From the NCBI RefSeq assembly GCF_964204645.1, contig NC_134034.1, positions 8,692,962 to 8,756,961 of the forward strand: DNA of 64,000 nt. Direction: 5' to 3'. Under the pieces are notes generated by a model that worked only from the letters and a program-made list of their open reading frames with translations, was not told the DNA's origin and ran no database searches. Each line of letters opens with the position of its first letter. Position 1 is the first letter of the stretch. Origin of the DNA: Tubulanus polymorphus (taxonomy: Eukaryota; Animalia; Nemertea). A program made the translations under genes and the position numbers. Positions 12,811 to 26,338 of this stretch are shown here, in pieces.

Positions 12811-13011
12811 AATACACCTTCAAACAGGCCTCTGCTTAGTTTTGATCTGACACTTCATTACAACATTTATTTTCAAACCTCTGACATCACAGTCCAATTT
12901 AGGTTTCTCCCCCCCAAAATAAACTCCTTAAACACTATATACTAACAGCTATAGGGATCACTTAGTTACCTTGTTGCTATATTTTGTATTGTTATAACTG
13001 TACAATAAATC

Positions 13012-13055
13012 AGTTTTTGAAAATGGCTCATAGATTTGAGTCGAAACGTTAAACT
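13012..13055 (+). ncRNA. Minimal type I hammerhead ribozyme motif (5' pseudo-LTR)
   Basis: agttt-TTGAAAAT-ggctc(atagattt)gagtc-GAAAC-gtt-aaact: stem I, U3/A8 core variant, stem II, minimal stem III. Confidence 0.65.
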
Positions 13056-13134
13056 ATCAGATAGTTTTTCTTTTTTATTGTGGGTTTTTGTCGACTAATT
13101 GATATTGGACAGCCACTTGTCTATGGAAACCAAC

Positions 13135-15400
13135 ATGACACCCACGAACATTGGATTTTTTCTACAATTTTTCTTCGTATTATATCCTGGACTTGTTCAT
13201 TTTTACCGAAAGATGGAACATGCTACAATTCAAGCTCACACATCTAAAGACGGAGTAAATTTCTTGAAGAATTGTGTGCAAGAAAAGGTCGTTGAATTGG
13301 ATAAGAAGTAGTCCTGATGATCCTTTGCTAGAAGCAGCTACCACTCAACTAAAACTATCCATTAAAGAAGCCAAAGATGAATGTGATTACTATTTCTACA
13401 AGTTACGTCGGGCTCGGAGGGATCTTAAAGGTAGAATACACAATGTTTTCATCTGGACATAACTCAGGTGTATTAGACTCAGTTCAAAAATTTCAAAGAA
13501 ACAAAAAGGCATCACATTTGGAAAATCTACTCGCGAACCTCATCAAGAAAAGTTATTGGACCAAATTTAGCAACTCCGAAAATGTGATTAACAGAACATC
13601 AAATACAAGTTTTAGGATTTGGATTGAACTTCTCCATGCCTCACACCAGAAAAGATTTCATTGACTTCATTTCTACTATGGACTATCTGCCTGATAAAAG
13701 CATTGAACGGAACTTCATCTTTATGAACATTGGTGATATATTCAACCATCTTTCTAATGATATTAATAATTATCCTCCCAGACGGTTTATAATAGCTAAT
13801 AGTGAATTAAAGAGATTAATATCCGTATTTCTAAAGCTGATAAAGGCGAAAAAATAGTCATACAAGATGTTGTTACATATAAACAGAAAATGGAAACTTT
13901 ACTCAGCGATTCCTCTATCTATAAAAGACTTGATAAAAATCCTTCAAACCATTTTCAATCTATCTACAATCGCCAGCTTAATAACATCATAGATTGATAT
14001 CCCGATGTAAAAGACAAACTTTCTTAATTCAATTCGAAATTACCATCACTCCCTAGCCTTATATTTGAGGTTTACCTAAGATTCGCAAAGAAGGGACCCC
14101 TCTGAGACCCATTGATTGTTTCTACACGGAACTCGCCGTCATATAAACTATCCAAATACCTTGCTAAACTATTATCACCAATACTCGGTTCGTATTCTGA
14201 ATCACATCTTAAACATAGTGCTGATCTTATGGACACACTTTTAAAGATTATAATCCTCAGGGCTGTAAATTCATTTCGTTTGATGCGAAATCTTTATTTA
14301 ATAATGTACCTATTGGACCCACTATGGATTTTCTAAAAACGGAAAAAACCTGATATTTCTAGCAGTTTAGATATGCCAGTTGATTGTATTTTTGAATTGA
14401 TTTAATTATGTGTCGGAAGTTCTTTCTTCCAATTTGATGAAACATTTTTCAAACAAATATATGGCATGAGTATGGGAAACCCACTTTCACCTATTTTATC
14501 CTGCCTTTTCCTTGAATGTTGAATCTGAACTGCTCCCACTCTATAATGGTATTTTACCACATTTTTGGTTTCGATAACATATTATCCCTTGTTGATGGCA
14601 ATTTTAACATAGATTCCTTCCTATATTATCTGAAATCCTTACATCCCAGTTTGAAATTCACATTTGAATTAGAAGTTGATGGAAAAATCCATTTTCTTGA
14701 TGTTCTTATCCACAATTGCCAAAACGTGTTAAGATTTTCCGTCTATCAGAAACCATCTCATGCTGAATCATATCTTCATTTCTTCTCATTTACTGAATTA
14801 AATATCAAACTTGGAGTAGTTTCAAATCTGTTATTGAGAGCCTATAAAACATGTTGTGATGAATTGTTGCAAGATGAAATTAAACATATATTTGAATCTT
14901 TGTCTAAATTAGCTTACCCTACACACTTTTTAAATCGTGCCCATGAGAAAGCTAGATTAAGATTTTTCAGTATTTCCAGAAATAATGAGGCTTCCTGTTC
15001 CCACAAGTTTTGGAAAATGCTTAGTTGTCCCTCCCATATATTTCTTCCCCTTGTCGGTTTAAAAACCGAGTGATATTGGAGTAGTTTTCAAATATAATAA
15101 TAAATTTATCAACAACTTAAGTTGCAATTAACCTAAAGATAATATTATTGACTGCAGGGTTTATAAAATACCTTGTGGTAAATGTGATAAATTCTATATA
15201 GGTGAAACCGGACGATCATTGAATATACGTAAAAAAAGAACACCAAAAAGACGTTGTAAATGCCAAACCACAGAGTGCTATCTTTTTCACACACATTTGA
15301 AACTGGCCATATTCTTACTTCTCCTCTAGCCAGTTGATATACCCTTGCTCTGATATATATAAACGTCGAATCCTTGAGTCAGCTATTATTCTAAAAAAAC
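13135..15400 (+). pseudogene. Penelope RT + GIY-YIG endonuclease, many stops and frameshifts
   Basis: GLPKIRKEGTPLRP, FKQIYGMSMGNPLSPIL, FTFELEVDGKIHFLDV, GVYKIPCGKCDKFYIGETGRSLNIRKKEH; the YVDD motif is damaged. Confidence 0.9.
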
Positions 15401-15528
15401 TCTGACTTCACAGTCAATTCAAATTTAGGTTTCTCCTCCCAAAATAAACTCCTTAGTCACTATATACTAACAGCTATAGGGATCACTTTGTTGCTATATT
15501 TTGTATTGTTATAACTGTACAATAAATC

Positions 15529-15572
15529 AGTTTGTGAAAATGGCTCATAGATTTGAGTTGAAACGTCAAACT
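15529..15572 (+). ncRNA. Minimal hammerhead ribozyme motif (3' pseudo-LTR), core mutated
   Basis: agttt-GTGAAAAT-ggctc..gagtt-GAAAC-GTC-aaact; GUC cleavage triplet present but G at core position 3. Confidence 0.55.
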
Positions 15573-17229
15573 ATCAGATAGTTTTTCTTTTTTATTGTGG
15601 GTTTTTGTCGACTACTTGATGAATTGTTTTACTACAAATGCCAATCGAAACGAAAGATATTATTTGAATAACAATGACCCCTATTTTGCATCAACCCGCC
15701 AATCAGTGTTAAGTCGAGAGTTTCTTGATCATCAACATCACCGTGTTTGGGTCATCTTTCCAAGCTATTTCGGAAGCATACACTTGTGAACACTCAGAGT
15801 TAAATGCTAACAGATTTAAAAATGCAAGAGCGAACTAATGGTCAAGTTGAATTACGGTCCTTAAACGGATTGCGTCTGGAGGAAGCCTAGTTAATGTATC
15901 ATATATTATTGGAAGAAGACACGCTCTTCCCGCAGAAGATCAAGTGTACAAACACATATGGAGGACATATCGACCTAGACTCTATATGCGCACAGGCATT
16001 AGCAGTTGGTTATATTATCAGAAACAGAAAATAAATAATTGCGGCTTTTCACAATAAGTCTTTCCTTTTTTATGTAGTTAATGATTGATATGAAATTATC
16101 AAGATTGCATATGCGAAAATTTCAATGACCCTAAATTTTAGTTAAATATACAAATCATTTCTAAAATGTATCATAAACCTACACGTTTTCGAGAAAAAGG
16201 TGGAAAAATGGCTTAAGCACGTGTGCGACGTTAAAGAATATCTCGAAGGTTACGTCACCTTTGATGGGAATGAACAGTTACGTTGACCAATTTGCGCAAA
16301 AGAAAATGAAATCTGTATTGACGTAAGTACAGGTATCAGGAGAGTAATATGCTGTCCTAATGACCCGGTTTACGGTGGTAAACACAAAAAGCCTTCTAGG
16401 TGCGGATATTACTTAATGTTTGAGCATTATACGTACATTTTTTTTAAACTTTTATAGTCAGACACAATTTCATAACAATGATAAAGCAAATTATATTAGT
16501 CAATTGAAAATCTGAATTAATTCCAACATTTAGTTGATACTGATTTTTCATGAATAAGCTCAATGATCATGTGAAATTTTCAGATACAGCAAATAACCCC
16601 AAATGTTTAACAATATCACTCCTATAGAAATTGAAACGAGACCACAATTCTCTGAATTAGTCTTCCGTAAGTCGAGTCCAGACTCACCCACCTATACCAG
16701 ATCAGGAAGAAAAATTATACCAACGCAGCTACTCGCTCTATAACTTTGAACATAATTATATATTTCAGGATACACGGAACCACGGCGTTGGTATGTATAT
16801 ATCGTAAAAAGGACATTGCATCCATGAAAAATCTCGAAGTCCATGACATAAAGTGCCTGAGCAGATCGCATGAAGGCTATGGATATAGATGTAAACTTTG
16901 CAATTATAAGAATGGACACCGAGATTTAAACACGCGCGAATGACATATCGAAGACATTCCGAGAACGTAATGTCGATTGTCGAAAAGTCAAACTCGTCGC
17001 AATAAAGGACGACGACGAGTTCGAGTTCGATCCTCCCGAAATACAATGCTTAAGCCGCTCGGAAACCCTGACCGTCCATCCAACCAAAAGAAAATCAGGG
17101 AAACAAAACAAAGACCCCTCCGGAAAAAGACCTAGAACACCGATAGCTAGTGAAAATGTGAACTTGCTTACAACTCCTTAATTTGATACTACGTTTTTAC
17201 GTCCCCCGCAATAGTCAGTAGGGAATGAC

Positions 17230-17645
17230 CTCTGAAGACACTGATCTTTGGTATCGAAACATGATGAGTGTATCCATACTATGAAATATCATTGTCTTGC
17301 TATGAATGGTTATTTAACAATTTTAGAATTGAGTTGACAGGGTTTAGAACTCCAAACTCACTAAGGCACATCTTCTCCCCAGGGGTAATCATAGTATGAA
17401 ATAGCATTGTCTTGTTATCAATGGTTCTTCTTGAATCGTTTTACAAGGTTTCATATGAATGATCTATAGTGACCTTGACCTTTTCCCCCAAAATCAATAG
17501 GGCACATCCAAGGGTAATCATACTATGTAATACCATAGTTCTGCTATAAATGGCTTCTCATGAATCGAGTTCATGAACATACCGTATGCGGACGGATGGA
17601 CAGACTGATGGACAGAAGCTAAACGCTGCGCAGGGGATGACTAGA
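17230..17645 (-). mobile_element. Non-autonomous Helentron-associated (HINE/DINE-like) element remnant
   Basis: Degenerate internal subrepeats, gtgaccttgacctt motif and terminal ggacggatggacagac microsatellite. Confidence 0.55.
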
Positions 17646-17679
17646 CAAACCATGTGACATAAAGTTATCTGGTGTAAAT

Positions 17680-17995
17680 TTAACTGAAATGACAAATGTG
17701 GTCGCTGTAGAAAACTAGACAAGGATGAACAGATTGACGGATGAAGTTGATGAAGATGATGTCAGGTGAATTACCATCTATGTGGGTGGATCCATGAATT
17801 GGGGATTACTGTTGGGGATTGAAGTTATCATGCAATAGACTTCTGAGGTGTGTACATTGCTCTAGAGATAAATTGAAATCACCAAGAGTGATAGTACTGG
17901 TTTTATTGAGTTCAAAGCTGGCTAGAGCATTCTGTATAGCATCAAAAAATTCATCAGTGCACCGGAAGGTCTGTAGATGTAGGTCTGTAATCCTA
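17680..17995 (-). pseudogene. AP-like (EEP) endonuclease C-terminal fragment, Helentron-type
   Basis: Manual - strand translation: IYRP...TITLGDFN...STHIDGNSPDIIF...FYSDH. Confidence 0.7.
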
Positions 17996-18009
17996 CATTG
18001 AGATCAATC

Positions 18010-19915
18010 CCGAATGATCCTGAAATTCTTTCCTCGAAACATTTTGAAATTTAACAGCAATATTCATAGTCCCCTAAAAATCCTAGAAATCAAAGTTCGC
18101 TTCTAGCCATTTATAATGCATCTCCGGCCCATCCATTAAACGATGTCTGTGAAAACTATGCTAAAATGCCACCAGTGGTCCTGCATCATATCAAAACGTT
18201 TGAAACCGAGCAAATGTCCTATGATTTCAAAAATTGTCATACATGTAATGAACGACCTTTTGAAATGAAAATGAATAAAAAAATTCCTAATCAGATGCAT
18301 AAGGTGTTCTAAAGATAAGGGTACTACCAAGTTAAATTCAAAATCAAACTATATGGACCCAGGTCCAGTTTCCATTGGAATTAACAGCGTTGACATTGAT
18401 TGAGCAGCAATTAATTCCTCGGTTAGCTCCAACAATGAATGTCAATCTGCTTTAAACAAGGTGGGAACTCATCAACTGCCCACTGTGTAACATGCCCACA
18501 AAATATCAATGAACCTGCTCAAATACTGCCAAAATGTCCGACTGAAATTAATACACTGAAGGTCAGAAAAATTGGCAAAGGTGGGACATCAAATGAATTT
18601 AATGGGCGACGTACCAGCATAGAGAAAGCTCTGAAATGGCTTAAATCCAACAATCCCGCATAGCATGACATAACTATCAGTCAAGATCGGTTACATCAAT
18701 TTTCAATAGATGGAGAGATTCAAATTGAAAAAGTTCGTGTTCAAAGACCCAAGTCCACATGTGAGCGGGGACCAGCATTTCAACAAATCGATCCAACTGA
18801 TGTTGATGATGGTGCTGAAACAGTGTCGGCAGTGCTGCTCCCTGATCCTTGAATGGACGTGAGATCAGAAGTTGAAAAAATCATTCACGAAATGGTTGGT
18901 GAAACTCATGGAGATGTTACAAAAAAACAAAGGCAGGAAAACAACAATTCCATGGCCAACCCATGATTCAATACCGATTTCCGAGTTCAAAACCCAATAC
19001 TTTTTTGTTTTGTCTTTTTCTTGTCTATTTCTGTTGTCTACAGGTGACTTTGTAATCAACAGACCCTGCACTTCAGCATCTCTTTCGGATTGGGCGGAAC
19101 ATTTCATCGGGTACAGTGAAGGCCGATATGCTCGACACCAGTTCTTTAAATTTGTAGTACACAATATAATAGGTCAAAAACATACACTAGACTGCAGCAA
19201 CTTTGTAATTAAGGAATCCCTTGGTGACCAACATCTGTCTATTGAAGATCTCGAAAAGAAATTGGAAGAAGGAGATCAATCTTTTGCAAAGAAAATACTG
19301 TAGTTTTTATCTTTGCTTTGTGGTACAGCTCAATAGCTCAAAGTAAAGAGCTGCGTTCACTTATTCAATACCAAGCTAACGTCGGCAAAAGACAACCATG
19401 CTTTTTTAGAACGAGAAGTTGTGCAGAGCAACACTGTAAGCCACTAAGAAAATTACTTACAGAATATATCAGCCCAACAACAGGAATGCAAGTGGATCCA
19501 AAAAATCGAAACACAATATTCATAGCCCTTCAAGAGCACTCGCATATTGTTGGCCACTAATTTGATTTGCGTACTACCAGCTACGGGAAGTTGGTGCAGA
19601 GCAACACTATAAGCCACTAAGAAAATTACTTACAGAATATATCAGCCCAACAACAGGATTGCAAGTGGATCCAAAAAATCGAAACACATTATTCATCGCC
19701 CTTCAAGAGCACTCACATATTGTTGGCCACTAATTTGATTTGCGTACTACCAGCTACCGGATGATCAAGTAGCACAAGTATTGTCCCTTTGGGCTAAAGA
19801 GAAATTCTCCATGATAGCCCAACATCCGGCAGGATAAGACTGTCGTGGACTCCCACGAAAATATCTATGGCCTGCAGCAGAAGGAACCTGTCAAGCCCCA
19901 CCGAAGGAGTCTTAT
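18010..19915 (+). pseudogene. Helitron/Helentron RepHel N-terminal region (Zn finger, DUF6570, Helitron_like_N); HUH and helicase parts absent
   Basis: CHTCNER..CIRCSKDK..NYMDPGPV, LTLIEQQLI, ALKWLKSNNPA, WPT..PISEF, GRYARHQFFKFVVHN, PCFFRTRSCAEQH. Confidence 0.85.
19415..19757 (+). repeat. Tandem duplication of ~170 bp
   Basis: 19415-19584 repeated at 19587-19757 with few substitutions. Confidence 0.9.
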
Positions 19916-20139
19916 CCACTTATTAAACTCTTGACTGACATTGCCACCGATCAAGAATGCTTTTATAGGATCGTCTTTTACCCTGCAATAAGATCAACAT
20001 CCACAGAGTTTTGGAGACAGTCAGTCTTGTGTCTGAGGATTGTATCAAAGTAAGTGAATTGTTTTCCAAATTCTTATTTTTTGTATAAACTAAATAAAAA
20101 GCTAAAACAATACTTAATTTTGCAAAAAAAAGTTTTATT

Positions 20140-23045
20140 TTCAGAATTCTGAGTGGTCGTTTCAAATATAGTTGCGCATCAAGCAGTTTGCATGAAGATT
20201 GGTAATGATAACCCATCCAATCTAACAGACAGAAAGGCTAAAGCTAGTCGGCAGAACTAAGTAATCAACCACTAAACCCGAAACGTCCAAGGAAATTTTG
20301 CAAACAATGCATCGAAAAATTAAAACAAATTGAACCACACCTATTTGAGCCTGCTGTCTCCGAAGCAGAAACCGATACGTGTAGCAAGGAATCGTGGACA
20401 AAGGAATCATGGACGCAAACAAATGAACGAGTGGTGATCGTCAACCAAGACTCAATTCCTGACCTCTCCAAATTGCCCAAACTCCGAATTGCTCCCCGAA
20501 TTCTCCGAATTGCTCGTCAATTTAGGAATAGCACTGGGGACCGTTTTAAACAGACTCTACGAAGCACTAACTCTCTCTGAATGCCGCAGTATTGACTCAA
20601 TATGTAATCTATCCGCTGATAATTATCTAAGTCATGTCAGTCCGGTTTTAGTTGAATTTCTGTCATTGGCGTGTATGTCAAGTAAGAATCACGAGAAAAG
20701 GCTGTACTGCTTGTAATGTAAAACGGTTGAATCGATCTTAGATTTATCAAACCCGCGATATCTGTTACCAATACATTTGAGGGAAAGTATACTATCATTC
20801 AACTTTGGAGCTGGAGGCCTTACCTTAGAAGTTCCCTCGACTGGTCCATACACAGCCTACCAATCAGTGAAGAACTGGTTATCCTCACTTGCCATTGAAA
20901 AGAGATTGAACTTACATAGTGATGGTCTCTGTGTTTTTGACAAAAACCAAGTTCTTCAAAGACGGTGGAAGGTTGAATTGAATTGCAAGATGGTTTGCCA
21001 TGTCGTTTCAATCGTGGCTTTATTTCAAGTCGATTCAAGGGGCGACGTACAGTTTAGGTCCCACTTAAAACCTGGGTCATAGATTCTACGAACACTAGAC
21101 GACGAAGCAAAGAAATTGATCAAATATCCAGATAATAACCCTGAAGTTAAAAAACCCACTACGAATATCTGTTTCCTTACTGGTCGCATACTTTAGCTCA
21201 GGTGTGTGCAGATCAGGAGCTACTTGATCGGGGTTTATTCAATGATAAAGTGGCGGAAATGATCAAGGAAAATCGTTTTCCCAAATTGTAAGATGAACCT
21301 CAAAGCTGCAAAATTGAATGATCAATTCTGATTGATTCTGATGATCATAGTACAACTTGCACCACTCAACCAGATAGAGTATCAAAGAGACCTAAAAATT
21401 CTTCGCCTAGGAGTGAGGCGGAATTCAGACGGTAGTTATGTGGTAACTAAACAAGATGAATCAACCGAATCAGAATCCGTTTCAAATAATTCGCACACTG
21501 TTTCCGATCCAATTTTCGTAAATCCTCGCAGCTATGAAGCAGTAATGGTTGGTCTTCAAAAAATAGACGAGAAATGTGTTATTGAAACTTGCGGCAAAGA
21601 TTCAGAAGAAACAAGACGAAAGTGGGTAACAATATACTGCGACGGTCTATCATTTAATTTAGCGATGCGAATCTTACTGAGCACATACTGCTGTTGTTTG
21701 TGCATAGCCAAAGGTTTCTCTGGTCGCGAAAAAATGTTTGCACACCTTAGAGACAGTTATGGTGATGTTATTAGGGACGGAATTTTAACTTCAATGTACG
21801 AACATTTTAACTTCAATGGAGTTAATAGTTGGGCAAATTTGCAGCCCGGTCCTGCTCACATAGAAATGAATATGGTTAAAGCAGTTTTTGAGCTTTGCTG
21901 GAAGATTTTCATGAAAGATCTCGCTCAATTGATGATCTTCAAAAGTGAAAAAGCCCTCCAATGTACCAAGAAATGTAGTGATCATCATAACACTTGTTCA
22001 CTACATTTATACTGATCGCGTACAAATCTCTGACATACCAGTTGGCGGTGCCGTTTGTACGGAAAGAACTTTCTAAACAAGCTCTGTGGTAAACGCTAAA
22101 CATTTTGGGGAGTTTCTACGAAAATCTGTAAAAAGCGAGACATATGCGTTGGTTGCGGACGTATGTTATGAATCAATGAATTCAATTCTTATGTATAGAC
22201 ATGGAAAGGACAACAACATAGAAAGTACAACAGAAGTATGGTGCTCTCAGGAATTGGAAAATTTGCGAAAGTGTGGTGCGGCAGGTATCATCCACTTTAC
22301 AGGGAATTAAAATTGACATTTCAACTTATGCTTGCTAGGATGCCTTCGAAGGTCAGGAATCACACCATGGAATCGTGGTCGTTAAATAAATCTGGGAAAA
22401 AAGGAACAAATCAAGGTCCAGATTATGTGCTTGAAGAAATCAATAAAACTGTACAGCACTGGATACCGAATATTCCAAAGCAGCGAGACTGGCAACAGGC
22501 ATGCCGTTAATATGATGACATGCCTCGTTTTCGGACGGTCGTTTTAAATCAGATGGGTTGTCGCGACCCAAACAACAGAGGTCTTCACAAGAGAAGAGAG
22601 TATAGTGCTGAAGTAGATGAATTCCGTTGTAAGATCTCACCAAGAGGAACCCAAAAAAATGAAGTCACTAAGTGGTGCTCTATTGGATACCGAATTAGTA
22701 AACTTCTGCAGTTAGTCGAGAGAAAAACGTGCAAAATATTTTGACGTTTTTGAAAAATACGAAGAACAGAGAAGCTTCGAAAGATCTACAGTTCCATTTA
22801 AAGAACCCCCTGTATTCGTCACGAACGAAGAAAAGAATAATTCATTATCAAACAAAACTGTAGCAGAATTGAAACAAATGACTGTTAGTAGAATCAATAC
22901 GATTATTGACCCTGTAACGAAGGACGCTGCATTGGATAGATGGAAACATCAATACGAAAAGAAAAGGGTTCAAAAGTATGATCTTGTAGAAAGCAGGAAG
23001 ACTTGGAAACTGAGGAATCTTCATATGATGAAACGAGTGACAATG
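20140..23045 (+). pseudogene. Decayed large DDE-type transposase-like gene (DUF6589-like)
   Basis: Colinear motifs VFDKNQ, PIFVNPRSYEAV, RKWVTIYCDGL, PGPAHIEMN, DYVLEEINK spread over ORFs 20489-22744. Confidence 0.6.
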
Positions 23046-23131
23046 TGATGATGGCGAGAATTAACCAAACCGCATTCATCAGTCTATTTATAACAAGTTA
23101 TGATGTACACTAAAGCAAAATTAAAGCGCAT

Positions 23132-23401
23132 TTATTCACATTTGCAACAAAAATAATCTTTGGTCCAAATATATTCTTCGGTAAAATTTGCACATGTGTA
23201 ATCTATCCATGTATCGCAATCTTTCCCGGAGCAGCCGATCCAGAGCACAGGATCATCGTCTTTGTATTTTAAGTGGCACACAGGGCAGTAATAATTATCG
23301 TCGTCTAGCTTCTGTTGTTTTCTTTTTCTCATACTAGTTGTAGGGACTGCCAAGGAAGTTGAAGCCCGTGGCGATAGAGCGATTGGCGTTGCAGGAGCCA
23401 G
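23132..23401 (-). CDS. Terminal exon encoding a PHD finger
   Basis: CPVC..WIGCSGKDC.TWIDYTC..YFCCKC (His ligand replaced by Asp); in-frame acceptor ttttacacag immediately upstream of 23401. Confidence 0.7.
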   Translation of the reverse strand: MAPATPIALSPRASTSLAVPTTSMRKRKQQKLDDDNYYCPVCHLKYKDDDPVLWIGCSGKDCDTWIDYTCANFTEEYIWTKDYFCCKCE

Positions 23402-26338
23402 CTGTGTAAAAGTACTACTGTAGTTTAGATCTCCCGGTAAACCAAAACATTATCATGGTAAGGTATTTGTTAGTATTATGCTGTTGTGATAGTGATAATG
23501 ATATTTTAAGGAAAAAAAATAAATGTCTTTAGTTTTTATATGCCTATTTGCCCTTCAGGTAGTTTATTAAACAGATGTACAAATTCTTAATGCATTTTTT
23601 AAATTTAAAATTTGGAAATTTTGTGGGAAGTCACACTTGGAAATTTTTTTGCAGGATCACCAGTCAAAGCGGAAAATCTACCGTCAAAAAGAAAGAAAGA
23701 ACTCTTTGATCCAAGACCATCAAAATACAGGAACCTACTAAGATAACGTCATAAATACAGTGATCAATTACTGCAGTACTTCAAACAAAGATTTAGCCAT
23801 CCGTTACCTGTTTCCAAAAGCTGATCTCAAAACTGCTTTCGTTTGAGTGTGGTTATTCTACTGTTAAATTGATGAGTCTGTCATGTATTATCATGCATAT
23901 AAGATTATAGAGACAACTCAATGACAGAATAAAAGCTTTTATAAATTTTAGATTATTGACGATTTGTTGCAAGTCCTTTCTTGGTTGAATTCTCATCAAT
24001 TATTCGCAAGTTTGCTGAATCTATGTGGTTACAACGTTGTATTTATCATTGTTATAACAAGGATTCAATGGTGATTCGACATCTGATCTTTAACAGAGTT
24101 TTCACATTGTGATGCGTTGTAGAAACAATTTTCAAACACAACCTTTAATCTACCAGATGTCGACGTCGACAAACAACATGTTATCGACATGGAAATGAAG
24201 TGTTTGCTGGGTACGATTTAAAAAATCTTTGAAAGAAATTCCATGTGAAATTTTGAATAAATACGGCTGCTGGAATAAAAAAAAACTATCTGAAAATGTT
24301 AAGCCAGCAAGTGCTGCCACCCTAGCAATTTGGCGATTTTAATGTACGATTTAACGATCCCAGAAGCCGGTTACAGGCCCAAAGATAGTTAATGATTGTC
24401 TTCATATTATTCCCCTAAATTCTTAACACACTGGAATACTTTTATATGGAATTGGAGTTAATATCCGAACAAAATCTATCAGTGTTTTTCTCGGTGAAAA
24501 TTGCAAACAGTCGTTTTGCTATATACGTAAATCTACGTACAGTACGTAAATTTACGTAGCTACGTAAATCTACGTATTTTAATCGACTTGGTGGAGGAAA
24601 CGTGCGCTTTCACAAGGCAATCACCAGCATCATGGTCAATCAGAACAAAATTGTCGCCCATTTTCAGATTACCGTTAACCAAAGAACGATATAATGTAGT
24701 GTATCGAGTGTGATGGACATGTCAACTGAAACGAGTCCGAATGGACGTAGGTCTATTGTAGCCGGCCCCTTCACAATTGAAATTGATATCAACGCCGGTT
24801 TACTTTCACAATCAGCGTTTGACGACATCGGCAACTAGATGGCGCTAGCGCACGGTACGCGAATTTCAGAACCGATTTTTGCGGTTCTAGATCGACGCGC
24901 GCGCTAACCAGAAACAGAATATATATTTTATGCCTTACGCAGGGTTAACGCGGCCGGATGGCGAACTATTCTGTCGCTCATTGTTGGTAATGTTTCTGTG
25001 AAGATACAGAAACCCCTACAATGTGTGGATAATTGATGATTATAATGGTTGTATAATTTTAAAGATATGTATGTGTATTGGTGTCTATAGCTCATTAGTG
25101 GGCTTTTTTTGCGATAATGTGGTGTTTTCATGCCTCCATCATTTTTCTAGTTGAAATAGATTTGCTTGAACAAAGCTAAGCGGGATGTCGATTCCCGGCC
25201 GCGCCGTCGGCACAACCCTGGATATCGTCATAATCGATCCCGATAAGATTGACAAGATTTTGACTGTTTAAGACGGGAACCTTACGGCGGCATTGGAGGA
25301 GCGCCGCAACCAGGCCCTTCTCGCAATCCGGGGAACTCGCCACAACCCCAATCTCGAGGATCATCGTAGGCGGAGAATGAGCGGGAGGATATGACGCAAC
25401 CGGGACCCTCTCGCAATCCGTCGTTCGCGTTGCGGTCGCCCAACAAGCAACAGCGACATTCGTCGGAATTTACCGTACAAAACGCACGCTTTCACGAATT
25501 GAGTACTAGAACAACCACCATTTTTGATGACGTATTTAAGATTCTATTCTTTCATACAGCAATTTCGCCAGAAATTCAAAGCGACTCGTACTCATTACGA
25601 AATAACGATTGACGACCGAGAAACAAATGACGAATCCGTCGACGCACTGTATGATTCATTGCACATTCTAAAAAGTTCTCGACGGTATCGGTAACCGTCT
25701 CGACGTAAACCCTCGTGATTGTATACGAATATCAACACCACCCGTCATTGGCCAACAATATAAATCTATCTTTCATGCCGTATGAACGATAAACGTTCTA
25801 CTGGGGGCCATTGAACAGGTGATGCAAAGTCACGAGTTTTTGCTGTTTTCGTCGATTACCATAGATTGCATCATCGTTAGATAGATCCGTGGCAGAGCAC
25901 TCGAAAAAAATGATCGACGGTTTTAAAATAAATCGGTTTTAAAATAAAGCAAAGGACGTAAGACATCCGTATTAGAGATCGCGAACGACGATAATATATG
26001 TTTAGCCAGAACATTCGTCGTCGCAGCTGTGTCAAGTCACCGCATTGAGTCTCCGTTGCGACCGATGTGGAATATTTTCTATAGCGATGACTGTTAAAAC
26101 CGACACTTGGTCGTCAACGCTAAAAGCGTCAGTCAATGTGCCAGACTCAGATGCGGTACATTGTCTGCACGAAGATCGGCGATCGCAGGAAATTTTACAC
26201 GCGCCACTGCAGTGAAAAATAATGTAAATCGTGCAAAAATAACAAGTCGATTTCGCACGATTGTTATATCAAAACTGGCGCGACCGATCGAACGACTAAT
26301 AAGAAATCAGCGGAACGTTATGATGGTGAGGTCGATCA

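Larger units (their letters stand above)
12879..15614 (+). mobile_element. Penelope-like retroelement flanked by ~215-bp direct pseudo-LTRs (12879-13097, 15400-15614)
   Basis: Direct repeats visible at both ends, enclosing RT and GIY-YIG remnants. Confidence 0.93.
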
